The notes beneath the pieces were generated by a model, which was not told the origin of the DNA, ran no database searches, and saw only the letters and a program-made list of their open reading frames with translations. The position numbers and the translations under genes are program-made. DNA of 64,000 nucleotides from Octopus sinensis. Lineage: Eukaryota. The stretch covers positions 728-64,727 of the forward strand of contig NW_021831824.1 in NCBI RefSeq assembly GCF_006345805.1, given 5' to 3'. How positions within the stretch are numbered: the stretch's first letter is position 1; each line of letters opens with the position of its first letter. This document shows positions 40,593-54,500 of the stretch, piece by piece.

Positions 40593-40707
<115 letters not shown>

Positions 40708-41807
40708 CATTTATATATATATATATATTCTGCTTACAGCGTGGCCAGATGTTAAGTCTCGTTACCTCTGCCGGAACTCTATAAGGTGATTTTATGAACA
40801 TGAGAGAGGGAGAGAGATACGAGGAGAGACAGACTGTGGCGAGTGTATGTCACGTAAAGCTTTTGATTCATAGAGGCTGAAGACTTCGTCTTTGCACGGT
40901 GTCAATAACGATGTCTCTAAATTAAAGCCAGTGTCAAAACTAAACTGATCATATAGTTCCCCAACTGAACTAATCCTTCCTCATAATTTTTATAAATTTA
41001 ACATTACTGAAGCTGGCGAAATGCACCGCCATTACTGCCTGTTTACAATTATTTGGGTGGGCTGAACCAGCGAGAATTAAATTAGGAATCTTAGCAGTAG
41101 AATACCAACGGCGAAGAAAACTTTCTGCCAATAGTTTTAACATTATGTTGACCCAGCCAGCTGCGGCCTTCAAGTTGATGTGTCTTACACATTTACAATA
41201 AACTGCTGAGGTTCACACAGAAACGAGCGTAAAAGCATTGTATTCCATCACGGAGTTGTATTTTCTAGAGGTGGGAGAATTTTGAAGAATGCTAAGATGT
41301 TTATTTTTGTTACTGCTCTTCTTATAATTTCGTTCGTGATACAGTCTTGTGTGCTTACTGATCAAAAGAATTGTACGATCCCAGATGCGAAAAACAGTAC
41401 ACTACTTTGGGATGAATTTTTTTTATGGTGGAAAACAAAAAGAACGAGGAAGGAGCAAAAGCAGTTAATAGACATTTCAATTCAATTTTTTTTTACAAGG
41501 GATTAGCTAATGTTTAAACAAAAGAAGATTTATGACGATCGTCTATCACAAGGGATTAAGTAGGGTTCTTAATAAAATGTGTGACTGTTCGTGATTTTTG
41601 TCCAGGCCGGGAGACTAATTCACAAGCAAACCCTGATGTTCGGTAGCTCTAGTGTGGATCGACGACAGAATATTTCAGATTCCACAACTATTATGGCCAT
41701 CTCCATCCCATCCCTAGCCCTTAATACTTCTTTTACAATTAAATTATTTCTTAAATGAAGATACCCATTTCGAATTTCCCATCAGTTGGTGAAATAATAT
41801 AGGCGCA

Positions 41808-41879
<72 letters not shown>

Positions 41880-41901
41880 AATCAATCTATCTGTATCTAT
41901 C

Positions 41902-41932
<31 letters not shown>

Positions 41933-42179
41933 CTATTTCGCGGATTTCACCTATCGCGAGGGATTTGGGAACTTAACACCTGCGATAGTTGAGGGATTAT
42001 TATTATTTTATATATACTCTTTTTAGTCTTTTACTTGTTTCAGTCATTTTACTGTGGCCATGCTGAAGCACCCACCGCCTTTAGTCGAGAAAATCGACCC
42101 CAGGACTTATTCTTTGTAAGCAAAGTAAACACACACCCATCGGTTGTCAAGCGATGTTGGGGGACACACACACAAACAT

Positions 42180-42215
<36 letters not shown>

Positions 42216-42269
42216 ACAAACACACACAAACACAAACACACATACATAATCACGCGCACACACACACAA

Positions 42270-42319
<50 letters not shown>

Positions 42320-42324
42320 CGTTA

Positions 42325-42520
42325 ATCCCTACACATCTTATTCTCTCTCTGTTTTTCTATTCTCTCTTCCTTTTTTCCCTCTCTTCCCTCTCGTCTGTCG
42401 AAGATCGTAGGCTCGAAATGTCAAAGACTTTTCCATTCTTCCCGAGTGTCAAACTAATACACTTGCTTGTTGTTCCCTCACCTGTCTTCGTCTTTTTGTT
42501 TTCTGTTAATTTGAACTATA
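42325..42520 (+). mobile_element. Penelope-like fragment with decayed A6U hammerhead
   Basis: CTGTCGA-A-GATCGTAGGCTC-GAAA-TGTC-AAAG at about 42395-42426. Same family as 12450-12650. Confidence 0.55.
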
Positions 42521-43692
42521 TGTATCTGGTGCTGAGTATTGACAAAGGGCTTGAAATGCATTTATCGGTCCCTATGGGTCGCTCTGAAAATGACTGTTCG
42601 TGTTTCAACAGCTGTTGCCTAAAGCATGAATACTCTCTACTGCAAACTGCAACGAAAATATCATTTTACAGATCAAAGATGTCCTAAACATATTCGAACT
42701 GGTTTAAAGCCGTGTTTATTCCACAACACTGTTTCACGTGCCTACTGAATAATCTGGTATTTAGTCTAAAGAGGTTTTATCCGAGGAGATGAATAAATGA
42801 AGCTGATCAAAAGCCGAACTATAGAAATAAATGCATAACGCTTCACTCTTTGGCGATACTGTAGCTCTAGTGTGGAACACCGACAGAATACTTTGGATTC
42901 CATCCCTACTATAACCTCCACCGCACCACTCATCCAACCAGCCCCATCCTACCATTTCCCTACTTCTTTGCAAATTTAAACTATTTCATAAATTTATGTA
43001 CTCGTTTCGTATTTCGCAAGCACCCTAGACATATTAAAATTAACAGCTATCCATCCCTCTCTCCCTCTTTCTCAGTGTTTATCACTCTCCCTTTTTTCTC
43101 CCTCCCTCTCTCTCTCTCTCTCTCACTCTGTCTCTGTCTCTCTCTTTCAGTATATATGTGTGTGCGTGTGTTAGTGGTGGTGGTGTCGTTGCTTGAATTT
43201 TTATGCCGTCATTGTTGATGTACTAGCTGTTGTTACTGTCGCTACCGTTCGGGGAAGCAGCAATGGGGTACCCTATAGATCTTTGGACTTTCAGCTGATT
43301 AGACTCTCACCCGTCCTGCAAGAAGATTCTAACCGTTAGAGCCTTCTCGCAAGACTGTAGTGAGGAGAATGAAATTCAACCCACACTGCATCTGTCATTG
43401 AGTGTTGCCTCACACCTCTCCTTCCAATTCACTGGCAGCGGAAATCGACGCCATTTGTTTGGGGGGGTTTTTTAAAGTATTTTTCACAGTAAAATTTTGA
43501 AATTCTTTTCAAATTTATACCCCACAGGAACGAGAAACAAGCAAGTCCACCAACTCAGCTCTGTGTGGTTCTGGTTGGCTTAATAAATGTTATATAAAAA
43601 TGTCTCGACAATTAATATCTTTTGAACATCTCAAGAAACCAACAAAATAACGAGCGATATAAAGGGCGTTTTTGCCGATAATAATAATAACC

Positions 43693-43875
43693 CTGGGGGA
43701 GGGATAACTCGATTACATCGACCCCAGTGTTTCACTGGTACTTAATTTATCGACTCCGAAAAGATGAAAGGCAAAGTGGACCTCGGCGGAATTTGAACTT
43801 GGAACGTAAAGACGGACGAAATGCTACTAAGCATTTCGTCCGGAGTGCTAACGATTCTGCCAGCTCGCTACCTTA
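43693..43875 (-). mobile_element. Family N SINE
   Basis: Core and head match. Confidence 0.75.
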
Positions 43876-43918
43876 AAATTTTGTGCGGAGTGCTGTCGGC
43901 TCTGTCAGCTCTACGATC

Positions 43919-44010
<92 letters not shown>

Positions 44011-44307
44011 TGATGATAATAATAATGATAATAATAATAAATGCTCTCTAGTAATAATTATTATTATTATCATTATTATCATTATTATAATTATTATTAT
44101 TATGTTTTTTCCTTCTTTCTTCAAATTTTCATCCGTTTCTCGCCGAGTGTTTTCCATACACCTAGGGCAGAGAAGGGCATTGTATGCATTCTCAGATTAC
44201 ACGCGCAAATTCACAGATAAAATATGTATTTAAAAATTAATAAACAAATAAATTCATGGATGGATGTTATTTTCATTTATTATTATTATTATCATTATTA
44301 TTATTAC

Positions 44308-44356
<49 letters not shown>

Positions 44357-44589
44357 GCATCACGCTTTATTCAAATTACTTTTGAAACAAACTTCTAATT
44401 TACTTATATTTTGACAGACATTCTCTAGAACAATATTCTGTGCAAAACCAAAAGTATAACACCCTTGTCATAACACCAACTTGAACTTCTAAATTATTGT
44501 CTCTTGAGGTTTCTGGGTGAGACTTGGAGTCAACTTGTACAAATACATAGCAAAAGTCAAACATATAATGAGAAAATGTAAACAACTAT

Positions 44590-45935
44590 GACGATTTGAA
44601 GTAGGAAATACGAAGGTTGTGGTCAATGAGGTGAGTAGACGTGATTCCAATAGCAATTGGTGCACTTGGAAGTATCAGCACTAAACCACCAGCATGGCTG
44701 ATTAAACGAATTGAAACGGAAAGTGTACTAGAATTCAACGAGATAATGGTGAAGGAAACGAAAGAGCAACTAAGGATGGAATATCTCCGAAGACTAAGAT
44801 TGGTGTTGCGCTCAAAATTGACCGGATGAAATAAAATCCAAACATTTAATACGTGCGTGATAGCATCACTTCGGTTTAGAGCGGGAATTATAAAATGGCC
44901 AGAGAGAGAAGTGAGGAAAATGGATACCAAGACCAGAAAAGTATTGACAGTACACGGAGCCTTCCACTCTAAGAGTGGCACTGATAGATTGTATTTGTCC
45001 AGAAGAAAGAGTGGGAGAGGTCTGATCAGTTGCCAAGACTGTATTGAAGCAGAGGAAAACAGCTTAGGGTGGTAAACTAAAAATGCCGTGGAACCATTGT
45101 TTAAATATACGAAGAAGGCCGGCGTCATCAAAACTGAAAACTGTGTAATGAAAGAAAAATTTAAAGAAGAAATAAGCTCAAAAAGGAAAAAAAGCATGGA
45201 AGCAAAAAATGTACGATCAGTTTGCAAGAGATGTGATCACCAAGACAAATACAGAGGACTGGTGGCTATGGATGAGGAGCGACCTGAAGATACAGACAGA
45301 AGAACTCATATGCGCAGCTCAAGAACAAGCCTTATGAACCAAGTACGTGAAGTGCAGAATAGACAAAACTACCGAAAGCGACAAATGCAGATTGTGCAGT
45401 GAGAGGGGTGAAACGGTATGGCACATCGTTGTGGAGGTGCAATGGCAGCGGACTCGCGGTCATAGGATCGCGGTTTCGATTCCCGGACCGGGCGTTGTGA
45501 GTGTTTATTGAGCGAAAAAACCTAAAGCTCCACGAGGCTCCGGCAGGGATGATGGTGGTGATCCCTGCTGTACTTTTTCACCACAACTTTCTCTCACTCT
45601 TACTTCCTGTTTCTGTTGTACCTGTATTTGAAGGGGCCGGCCTTGTCACTCTCTGTGTCACGCTGAATATCCCCGAGAACTACGTTAAGGGTACACGTGT
45701 CTGTGGAGTGCTCAGCCACTTACACGTTAATTTCACGAGCAGGCTGTTCCGTTGATTCGGATCAACCGGAACCCTCGTCGTCGTAACCGACGGAGTGCTT
45801 CCATCCATGGCACATCGTTAGAGAATGCCCGAAATTGGCACAACGTGAATACAAAAGATGCCATGACAACGTGGCAAGAACGATCCATTGGGAGATCTGT
45901 GGAAATCATGGCCTACAAAGAACAAAGACGTGGTA
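44590..45935 (+). mobile_element. R4/Dong-like (RLE-type) non-LTR retrotransposon remnant, rearranged and interrupted by a SINE
   Basis: EYLRRLRLVLRSKL, MDTKTRKVLTVHGAFHSKSGTDRLYLSRRKSGRGLIS, ICAAQEQAL, the CCHC finger CRLC...ETVWHIV|RECPKLAQREYKRCHDNVA, and the C-terminal EIRRLW...IPIAIGALG. Stops and frameshifts are present. It lies next to (TAA)n. Confidence 0.85.
45431..45806 (+). mobile_element. tRNA-derived SINE (family R) with 13-bp TSD
   Basis: ATGGCACATCGTT at 45418-45430 and 45807-45819, and B-box GGTTTCGATTCC. The A-box region is deleted relative to the copy at the window end. Confidence 0.9.
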
Positions 45936-46168
45936 ATTCTAACTGGGCCCCTCCTGCAAGGTCATGCGATATTTATATTGATATGAAATCACCATGTCGC
46001 GTACATAGGGGTTGTGATGCATGTGCTTGCTGTGGCCTTATCAGACGGGTAATCATGACAAGTATACTGGGCTCCATATAATTGTACCCCAATGTCATTT
46101 TTATGGCATGCACTGCTCTCTCACTCAATAATAATAATAGTAATAATAATAATAATTCCTACTATATA

Positions 46169-46554
46169 TCTCTCTCTCTATATAAACGGCAGTTTGTCTG
46201 TGTGCTTTTCTGTGTGTCTGTTTGGTTGTACCCTCACCCTGACCACGGCTTTCAACCGATTCTGATGAAACTTGACACACACGTAGCCCAATGTCATAAT
46301 TCAAAACTAACGCAGCGAAAACTTTGAAAAGTTCCCCCAGTTCTGAAAAAAATCGATAAATTCGACATGGGGTCGAGAATCAGAAACCCAAACCACAGAC
46401 TGTCTAGGGGACGCAACTCGACCTTTTTAACTCTCAAAAAAAATTTACCATCATTTTTTTTCCATTTTTTTGCTATTTTTTGGCTATAACTCTCTAAAAA
46501 TGCTTTATAGTTATTTCCCTTACAAACCTGAGCAACGCCGGGCGATACTGCTAG
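46169..46554 (+). mobile_element. Non-autonomous Helitron-like element
   Basis: A|TC start, subterminal hairpin CCTGAGCAACGCCGGG, CTAG|T end, no TSD. Confidence 0.75.
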
Positions 46555-47040
46555 TATATATATATATATATATATCCAGAAACCTTCTGTCTTTTTATCG
46601 TAGCTCAAACCGTTACTTCCAAGTCTTGTTTGGCCCCTGTTTTCCTAATACGTTCCACCCCAAATGTACTTTCTTTACTATAGAGTCTTGTATTCTCAGT
46701 AACTTTTACAAATATTTCTGTTTAAGTTCACTTCATTCGAAAGGTTGAAGCTGCCATCTTTTATGTAACACATTTCTGTATAACAAATAATGTAATCTAA
46801 CAAAGTCGGGTCATAAATATTCATTTATTGTGTAAAACTAAAGAAATTATAATGAATGGCCTTGTGAGCCTTCATTGGACATGAATGAAAAATGTCGATT
46901 GGGGCGTTGCTTGCATATCTTATTCCACCACTGGGCAGCTTTGTCTCCTATATCACACACATTCACACAATGCACACAAACACATACGCACACACATGCA
47001 CTTCATGCACATACATAAGTGCACACACAATCACATAGGG

Positions 47041-47090
<50 letters not shown>

Positions 47091-47504
47091 TGTGTGTGCA
47101 AAAAAATCACCCATAACAGAATATTTATTTTAAGAAAGATATAGTTCTGTAACGTTGATATTTTAGCTTATATGGATGAGAGACAAATCTCTCGTTGTGT
47201 CTTATCCATACTCCAGTTTATCGGAGTTTGGTAGCAGATTAAGATTAGTGCTGGTTCAAGTCCTTTGAGTGTTCGTAGTTTTAGCCCTTTAGCTTCAATT
47301 GTATGTTACAATTCTCTCCAATGACCTGGTACCAATAATTCCTGCAGTGATGTAAGCTACATCTATCTTCGTTTAACACGGATGTTTGGTTCCACAAAAA
47401 CACCATGTTAAATGAATCAGTGATAACTTAATAATAGAACAATAACAGAATAAACGGTTTCGTTCCGAGACGCCATGTTCTTCCTGCTAACTAACTAAAA
47501 TAAC

Positions 47505-47740
47505 ACCTATTTCTTTATTACCCACAAGGGGCTGAACATAGAGAGGACAAACAAGGACAGACAAACGGATTAAATCGATTATATCGACCCAGTGCATAAC
47601 TAGTACTTAATTTATCGACCCCGAAAGGATAAAAGGCAAAGTCGACCTCGGAGGAATTTGAACTCAGAACGTAACGGCAGTCGAAATACGACTATGCATT
47701 TCGCCCGGTGTGCTAACGCTTCTGCCAGCTCACCGCCTTT
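47505..47740 (-). mobile_element. Family N SINE
   Basis: Complete head, core and tail. Confidence 0.8.
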
Positions 47741-47850
47741 AACTAAAATAATACCACCAAACAGATAATGATATTGTTTCATGTAGGGAATTAAAGTTAA
47801 TAATGTATGATCAGTAAATGATTAAAAAGTAACTGAAAAATAATATAAGA

Positions 47851-48234
47851 AGCAGAATCTGTGTTGTATCGCAGACCCGTGTTATCGGAGAACAATTCGT
47901 GATAAGCGTAACATGGTTCGCAATTGAGCGTACCGTGTTATCTCAGATCAACGTTAACTGAATCAGTGATAAACAAGAACAGATGTATAATAAAAAGGGA
48001 TCTTTCTTCACATACAACGAAGAGGATACTGAAACAAATGAGTAATAAAATATACAGCTCATCAGACTACCGCAGTTAACATTTCTGTTTGAGCTGGTAT
48101 ATCTATTTCCATTTATTACAGATTCATTCATCAATAATTCCGGCATAACAAGGTACGTTAATTGCGAGCCGTGTTACGCTTATCACGAATTTATTTGTGA
48201 TAACACGGGTCAGTGATCAGAAAAAGATTCTGTT
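47851..48234. mobile_element. MITE-like element with long inverted termini
   Basis: 47874-47941 pairs with 48145-48211, and the outer CAGAATCT pairs with AGATTCTG. No TSD identified. Confidence 0.65.
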
Positions 48235-48577
48235 TGAACCGAAAAAGCGCACCCCAACGACCGACCATCAGCAATGCTCAGAGCACAAAACCTATTTTTC
48301 CTATAATTTCTTTTATCCATTTATCATTGACTCGTTTAACAATGTTCTATTATGATGTGGGGAAGAAGAGGAATCCGTGACAAATGAGGGTAGATGTATT
48401 TTACCCCTGGAAGCTAAATTAACTGAGACGTCAACGAAACGCCTACAGTCGATTTGAACTCAGCCATTATTACTAGAAATATCGCAGTCTATAAGACTAG
48501 ACCACGATATTTCTAGCAATAATGGTTTCAAGTTTCAGCACAAGGCCAGTATTTTTAAGGGGATTAGTGGAAGTAGA

Positions 48578-49011
48578 GGATCTTTTGGTTTGAACGGCAG
48601 TTTTTTAAATAATTTCCACGTAACTAAACACTTTTAAACTTCGTATACTGGTAGAATGTGTTTATAAAACATCTTTTTCTCTTGGCTTTATTGAGAAAAT
48701 TCTATAGTTTGTAAGATATTTGTTGTTGTTTTTTCTTCAATTTCTGCAAGTTCAACCAATCATTGATGTCTATTGAGGTGAAAAACATTCTGTGCCGTAT
48801 GAATATGTCCCTCGTCTAAGAAACAGATTGGGTTTATTTACATTTCTGAAGAAAAAACGATACCCTTCCCCCCACCTCTAACCCTAACCCTAACTCTAAC
48901 CCTAACCCTAAAACAGATTGAAATACAATAGATCGATACTAGGGTCTAAATTATGGGTGAAATTTCATATGACACCGCTAGAAAAAACTGCCGGTCAAAC
49001 CGAAAAGATCC
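48578..49011. mobile_element. GG-ended MITE with 8-bp TSD (Merlin/MULE-like), nested in a family N SINE
   Basis: TIRs of about 30 bp, GGATCTTTT(C)GGTTTGAMCGGCAGTTTTTT. TSD GAAGTAGA at 48570-48577 and 49012-49019. Six C(C/T)CTAA units at 48876-48911. Confidence 0.9.
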
Positions 49012-49763
49012 GAAGTAGATTACATAGATCCACTGCTCAACCGGCACGTATTTTATCAATCCCAAAAGGGGCAACAATAAAGTCGACCTCGACAGAAAGT
49101 AAGCCCAGAATATAAAATGGCGGAAGGAATACCGCTTAACCTTTCGTATATCTCTAGCAACAATGACAGATAATTCCCACACATTCTTCCTTTAATTCCA
49201 AAAACTTAAGGAGTTTTCCATTCCTTTAACTATATTTCATCCATTATATTTTTCTGACGAAATACGAAAAAAAAAATAGACACCGACTGCAAGCAAGAGT
49301 TGTGAACCACTTCAACTTTAATGAATCATCATTATCATGGGATCTAAAAATACACTGTCACTTATTTGTGAATAGGAAACTATCGCAAACAAATAAACAA
49401 AAATAGACAAAACGACAAAAGAACGATGAAACAATTTATTCACGATATTTCCATAAGAATTAAGAATATGTTTGCGTGAGAAGAGAAGCTAACGTGAAGT
49501 TTACGCTCACTTGTATATTTACATATCAATGAAATTAAAATGACAGTTAGATTTTGTAAGGCGATCTTAGGAAAACGTTACTTTTCTAATGTATGCGGGG
49601 AATCGTGGGTGTATGCGAGTGTGTTGTGCTGTGTGCACATTATTGAAAACTTATATAAACGGCCATAAAGAAAGAGGATAGCAATAAACACATGTATATA
49701 CTTACACACACACACACGCACACACACACACACGCACACACACACACGCACACACACACACAC

Positions 49764-49796
<33 letters not shown>

Positions 49797-49807
49797 TGAT
49801 GATGATG

Positions 49808-49862
<55 letters not shown>

Positions 49863-49947
49863 TAATATGTAATTTTCTAGATGGAAAATTTAATTTTTCA
49901 TTATTAAATTGATAAAAGGTGGTTTTCTTCTTTCATATATATATATA

Positions 49948-50265
49948 TATAAATTTATATAAATAAGGATAAGATCGTTATTTAAATATCGAACTTATCG
50001 AGTGGCTAGCGTGGGAATAAAAACCTTCAAAGGTAATAATTATTATTAAAATTATAATTTAGGGCATGTAAGAGATACCACCACGCTTGAAATAACAGCC
50101 AAAATTTGATTCTAAAACCACATTAAATGTTCATACATACCAGGAGAGAAGACAAAAAGACAAAATAAACTAGCAAAAAAAAAATCAATGGATAATTCCA
50201 GATCCCGGATTTCTGACTTTGCATAAGAAATGCTTTGCCTCATCAGTGGAATATACGCAGCACAT
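49948..50265 (-). mobile_element. Penelope-like fragment between TA tracts (family of 235-880)
   Basis: Contiguous reverse-complement match to the pieces at 678-875 and 317-495. Confidence 0.7.
50195..50252 (-). ncRNA. Type I hammerhead motif with canonical core
   Basis: ATTCCA-CTGATGA-GGC(AAAGCATTTCTTATGCAAA)GTC-A-GAAA-TCC(G)GGA-T-C-TGGAAT. Predicted AUC cleavage triplet. Confidence 0.65.
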
Positions 50266-50288
50266 AAATGCACACACTCACACACACA

Positions 50289-50360
<72 letters not shown>

Positions 50361-50598
50361 CGACGGGCTTCTTCCAGTTTCCGTTTACCAGATCTACTCG
50401 CAAAGCTTTGGTCGGCACGAAGCTATAGCAGAGAACACTTACCCAAGGTGGGACTGAACCGGAAATCATGTGGTTGGGAAGCGCCTTATGCACTTTATTG
50501 TGTTTTATTATGCGCGTGAACCCCCGGTCTGTGGAAAATTTGTCTTGTACGAAGCCGGTCGATGGAGCAAAACAGTTTCAATCAGAAAGGAACTAGAT

Positions 50599-51253
50599 CA
50601 AGGACGTGCCGCCTAGATAGGCAAGGTAGGCAGTGCCTGCCTTGAATAAAAAGGATCGATAGCACCATTTTGCTATTATGGCAAAATATGCACTAATACA
50701 ATAAAGTTATGAATCTTATTCTGATTACTATGCATAAAATGCAAAATATTTTATTCTTTTGTAGATCAGGTAAGCATAGTTCGCTTCTGCTTTTTTCAAT
50801 CTCAGTATTTAAGCTACGCATAGTACTGCTGTAGTACACGTGCTGCGTACAGTTCTACAAAAACGTTTTCTTTACGTTCTAGAAAGACAGAAGTAAATCT
50901 GCCTAAAAGGCGGCGAGCTGGTAGAAACGTTAGCACGACGGGTGAAATGCTTAGCGTTATTTCGTCTGCCGTTACGTTCTGAGTTCGAATTCCGCCGGAG
51001 TCAACTTTACATTTCATCCTTTCGGGGTCGATAAATTAAGCACCAGTTACGCACTGGAGTCGATCTAATCGACTTAATCCTTTTGTCCTTATTTGTCCTC
51101 TCTATGTTTAGCCCCTTGTGGGCAATAAAGAAATAAGAAATAAATCCGCCTTCAACTCAGTCGCGCCTCTATGTTTCGCTTATTTTTTGTGCGTTTTACT
51201 ACATAAAGATCACCAACTGCCTACCCTGAGTAATTACTGACGGCACATGCCTG
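50599..51253. mobile_element. hAT-like MITE containing a nested SINE
   Basis: TIR CAAGGACGTGCCG versus CAGGCATGTGCCG (reverse complement). Subterminal GGTAGGCAGT at both ends. TSD AACTAGAT/ATCTAGAT. Confidence 0.7.
50905..51140 (+). mobile_element. Family N SINE with TSD
   Basis: TAAATCTGCCT (50894-50904) and TAAATCCGCCT (51141-51151). Confidence 0.85.
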
Positions 51254-51696
51254 ATCTAGATATACTAATCTGCTTGCCGGTATTTTTGTTCCATTTTTTC
51301 ATATTATTTAATCTGGAATGTTTCCCTCTGTTGATTTCCCTCTCGGTCTGGACAGGTATGTCCATGTCCCCTGATGATTATAACCAAGTCGTTGTTATTT
51401 ACCTTGTTTATAATCAATCCTCTGACATTTGTTTGTTTCAGTCATTGGACTGCGGCCATGCTAGACCACCGACTTGAAGGGCTTTAGTCGAACGAATCAA
51501 TCCCAGTACTTTCCGTTTTATGTCTAGTACTTATTCTATCCATCTCTTTTTTTACCGAACCGTTAATTTACGGGGACGTAACCACACCAACACCGATTAT
51601 CAAGCGGTGGTGGGTGAGTGATAAATACAAACACACATACAGAAACATAACGGGTTTCACACAGTTTTCGCTTACTAAATTCACTCTCAAAGCATA

Positions 51697-52000
51697 GTGG
51701 AGGCAGGTGGCTTAATAGTTAGGGTGTTGGGCTCATGAGTGTAAGATTCTGGTTTCGATTCCCGGACCGGACGACACGTTGTGTTCTTGAGCACAATGCT
51801 TCATTTCACGTTGCTCACTCAGTGACCATTCAGTGACCACTCAGCTGGCAGAAATGAGTTGAACCAGCCTTGCCACATTCTGTGTCACAATGAATATCTC
51901 TGAGAACTACGTTTAGGGTAGATGTGTCTGTGGAATACTCAATGACTTTCACGATTATTTAGAGAGTAGACTGTTACGTAGATCGTAACCGACGGAGTGT
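51697..52000 (+). mobile_element. Chimeric SINE: family M head with family R tail
   Basis: 5' part matches 21128. 3' part GAGAACTACGTT...CGTAACCGACGGAGTG matches 45640-45797. Confidence 0.65.
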
Positions 52001-52285
52001 CAGTTTGGTTGTGTGGAATACACTGCGTAAATATCTGAGTATTCCACACAACCTGACTCAGTGAGTAGATAACTCAGGTTACTGATTATAGCATCGTCGA
52101 CAGTGACCGAGATCCCCCCCCCACGTGTAATTATAACAATATAGCATTGGGAGGACATCGTACCGCTGCTGAGTTGTTATTGTTTGAAATTAATTAATCA
52201 TGTTTAAAAATCATTTCGCTGAGGTAAACATTTACAATTGCTGATATTCCCGGATTTACTTTTAGATAAAATTCGTTGTGTGTGT

Positions 52286-52317
<32 letters not shown>

Positions 52318-52756
52318 GTGTGTGCGTGTGTGTGTGTGAGTGTGTGTGTGTGTGTGTTTGTGTGTGTATGTGCTTGTGTGTGTGTGTGTGTGCGCGCGAG
52401 CGGCGTGTATGCATGTATTCATATATATAAAGAAATATATATATATATATACATATAAACATATATATATGTATACATATATATAAACACATGCACACGC
52501 TCATGTATATATATATATATATAAACATGTATATATCTAAACATATAAACACACACACGTATATATACATATATATAAACATGTATATATTTAAATATAT
52601 ATAAGCACACAGACACACACACACGTATTCATCCATATATGCATATGTGCACACATATACACGTATGTGTATATTCGTATGCATGTACATATATTCATGT
52701 ATATATATATATATTAGAACTACGCACCATCGATTAATATCGATTTTCACCCTCAT

Positions 52757-52769
<13 letters not shown>

Positions 52770-52800
<31 letters not shown>

Positions 52801-53520
52801 CTACATACATACATACATAATACATACACACATACATACATACATAAATCATACACACATACATACATACATACATACATGCATACATACATAACATACA
52901 TACATACATACATACATACTACATACATGCATACATAATACATACATACATACATATACTACATACATACTACACACATACATACATACATACATACATA
53001 TGCATACATATACATACATATATGATACAGACTACATACATACATACATGCATACATACATACATGATACATACATACATACATACACACATACATACAC
53101 GCATACATCCATACATACATACATACATACATAATACATACACACATACATACATACATGCATGCATGCATACATACATACATACATAAATACATCCATA
53201 CATACATACATACATACATACATACACACGTACATACATACACATACTACATACATACATACATACATACATACACACGTACATACATACATACATACAT
53301 ACATACATAATACATACATACATACATACATACATACATACACGTAATACATACATACATACAACATACATACATACATACATACACACGTAATACATAC
53401 ATACATACATACAACATACATACATACATACATACATACATACATACAGACACACACATACATACACACGTACATACATACATACATACAACATACATAC
53501 ATGCATACATACATGATATG
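52770..53520. repeat. Degenerate (CATA)n array
   Basis: Direct inspection. Confidence 0.95.
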
Positions 53521-54169
53521 TATGTGTGTGCGTGTGTGTGTGTGAGTGTGTCTGTGTATCTTTCGTTTCTTTCCGCATTTTCCTGTGCACATTTTTATGC
53601 ATTTATCACATGTATATTTCATCGTATGGTATAATGTTTTCCTTCATTTTTTAACGCTATTAATTCTTTATATTGTCATAATTATTTTTTAATATTGTAT
53701 TTTTCCAATATTTTATTATTATTATTATATTATTATTATTTTTGCAAATGAGATTAGTTTTGAATATTTAGCAAAATTATCGATTCTCAGCTTAAACTTT
53801 ACAACACAAAAAAATATCGCTGAAAATGATAACAGTGGAGAAGGGGGCGGAGAGAATGGATGAACAGGAAGAAGAAAACAAAAACGCGAAATCTTGATGG
53901 AATCCTGCAGAGATTGGCATGTGGACCGGAGTTAAAATAGCTTATCAGCAAAACTTTTGGTGGAACTTTATAAAATGCCTACACCTGTTACATTGGGTTA
54001 CGATGGTAATTTAAGATAGGAGAGCGAAGAAAAATAGTGTGTATTTGTGTGTGTGTGTGTGTGTGTCTGTGTGGGTGTGTGTGTGTGGCTGTGTCGGTGT
54101 GTGTGAGTACTAATACAGATATCTGTACAGGCACACCACACACACAAACTATATATGTATATATATGTA

Positions 54170-54228
<59 letters not shown>

Positions 54229-54469
54229 AGTCTGTATATAGATATAATATATAACACACACATATACATAATATACATATATATAACTTATATATACATA
54301 TATATATATATATATATTCTATATATATATATATATATACATATATAAATATGCATATATATATGTAATATATATGTACATATATATATATATGCACACA
54401 TATACATATTTATAAGCATATATAAATATATATATATATAAAAGCATATATATATACATATATATAACC

Positions 54470-54500
<31 letters not shown>

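Noticed and set aside
40860-41500. Possible pogo-like remnant (LKAAAGWV on minus)
   Set aside because: A single weak motif, insufficient for a call.
48464-48525. Small hairpin with arms of about 28 bp
   Set aside because: Real but isolated, with no TSD, second copy or motif. Probably a local inverted duplication at a SINE end.
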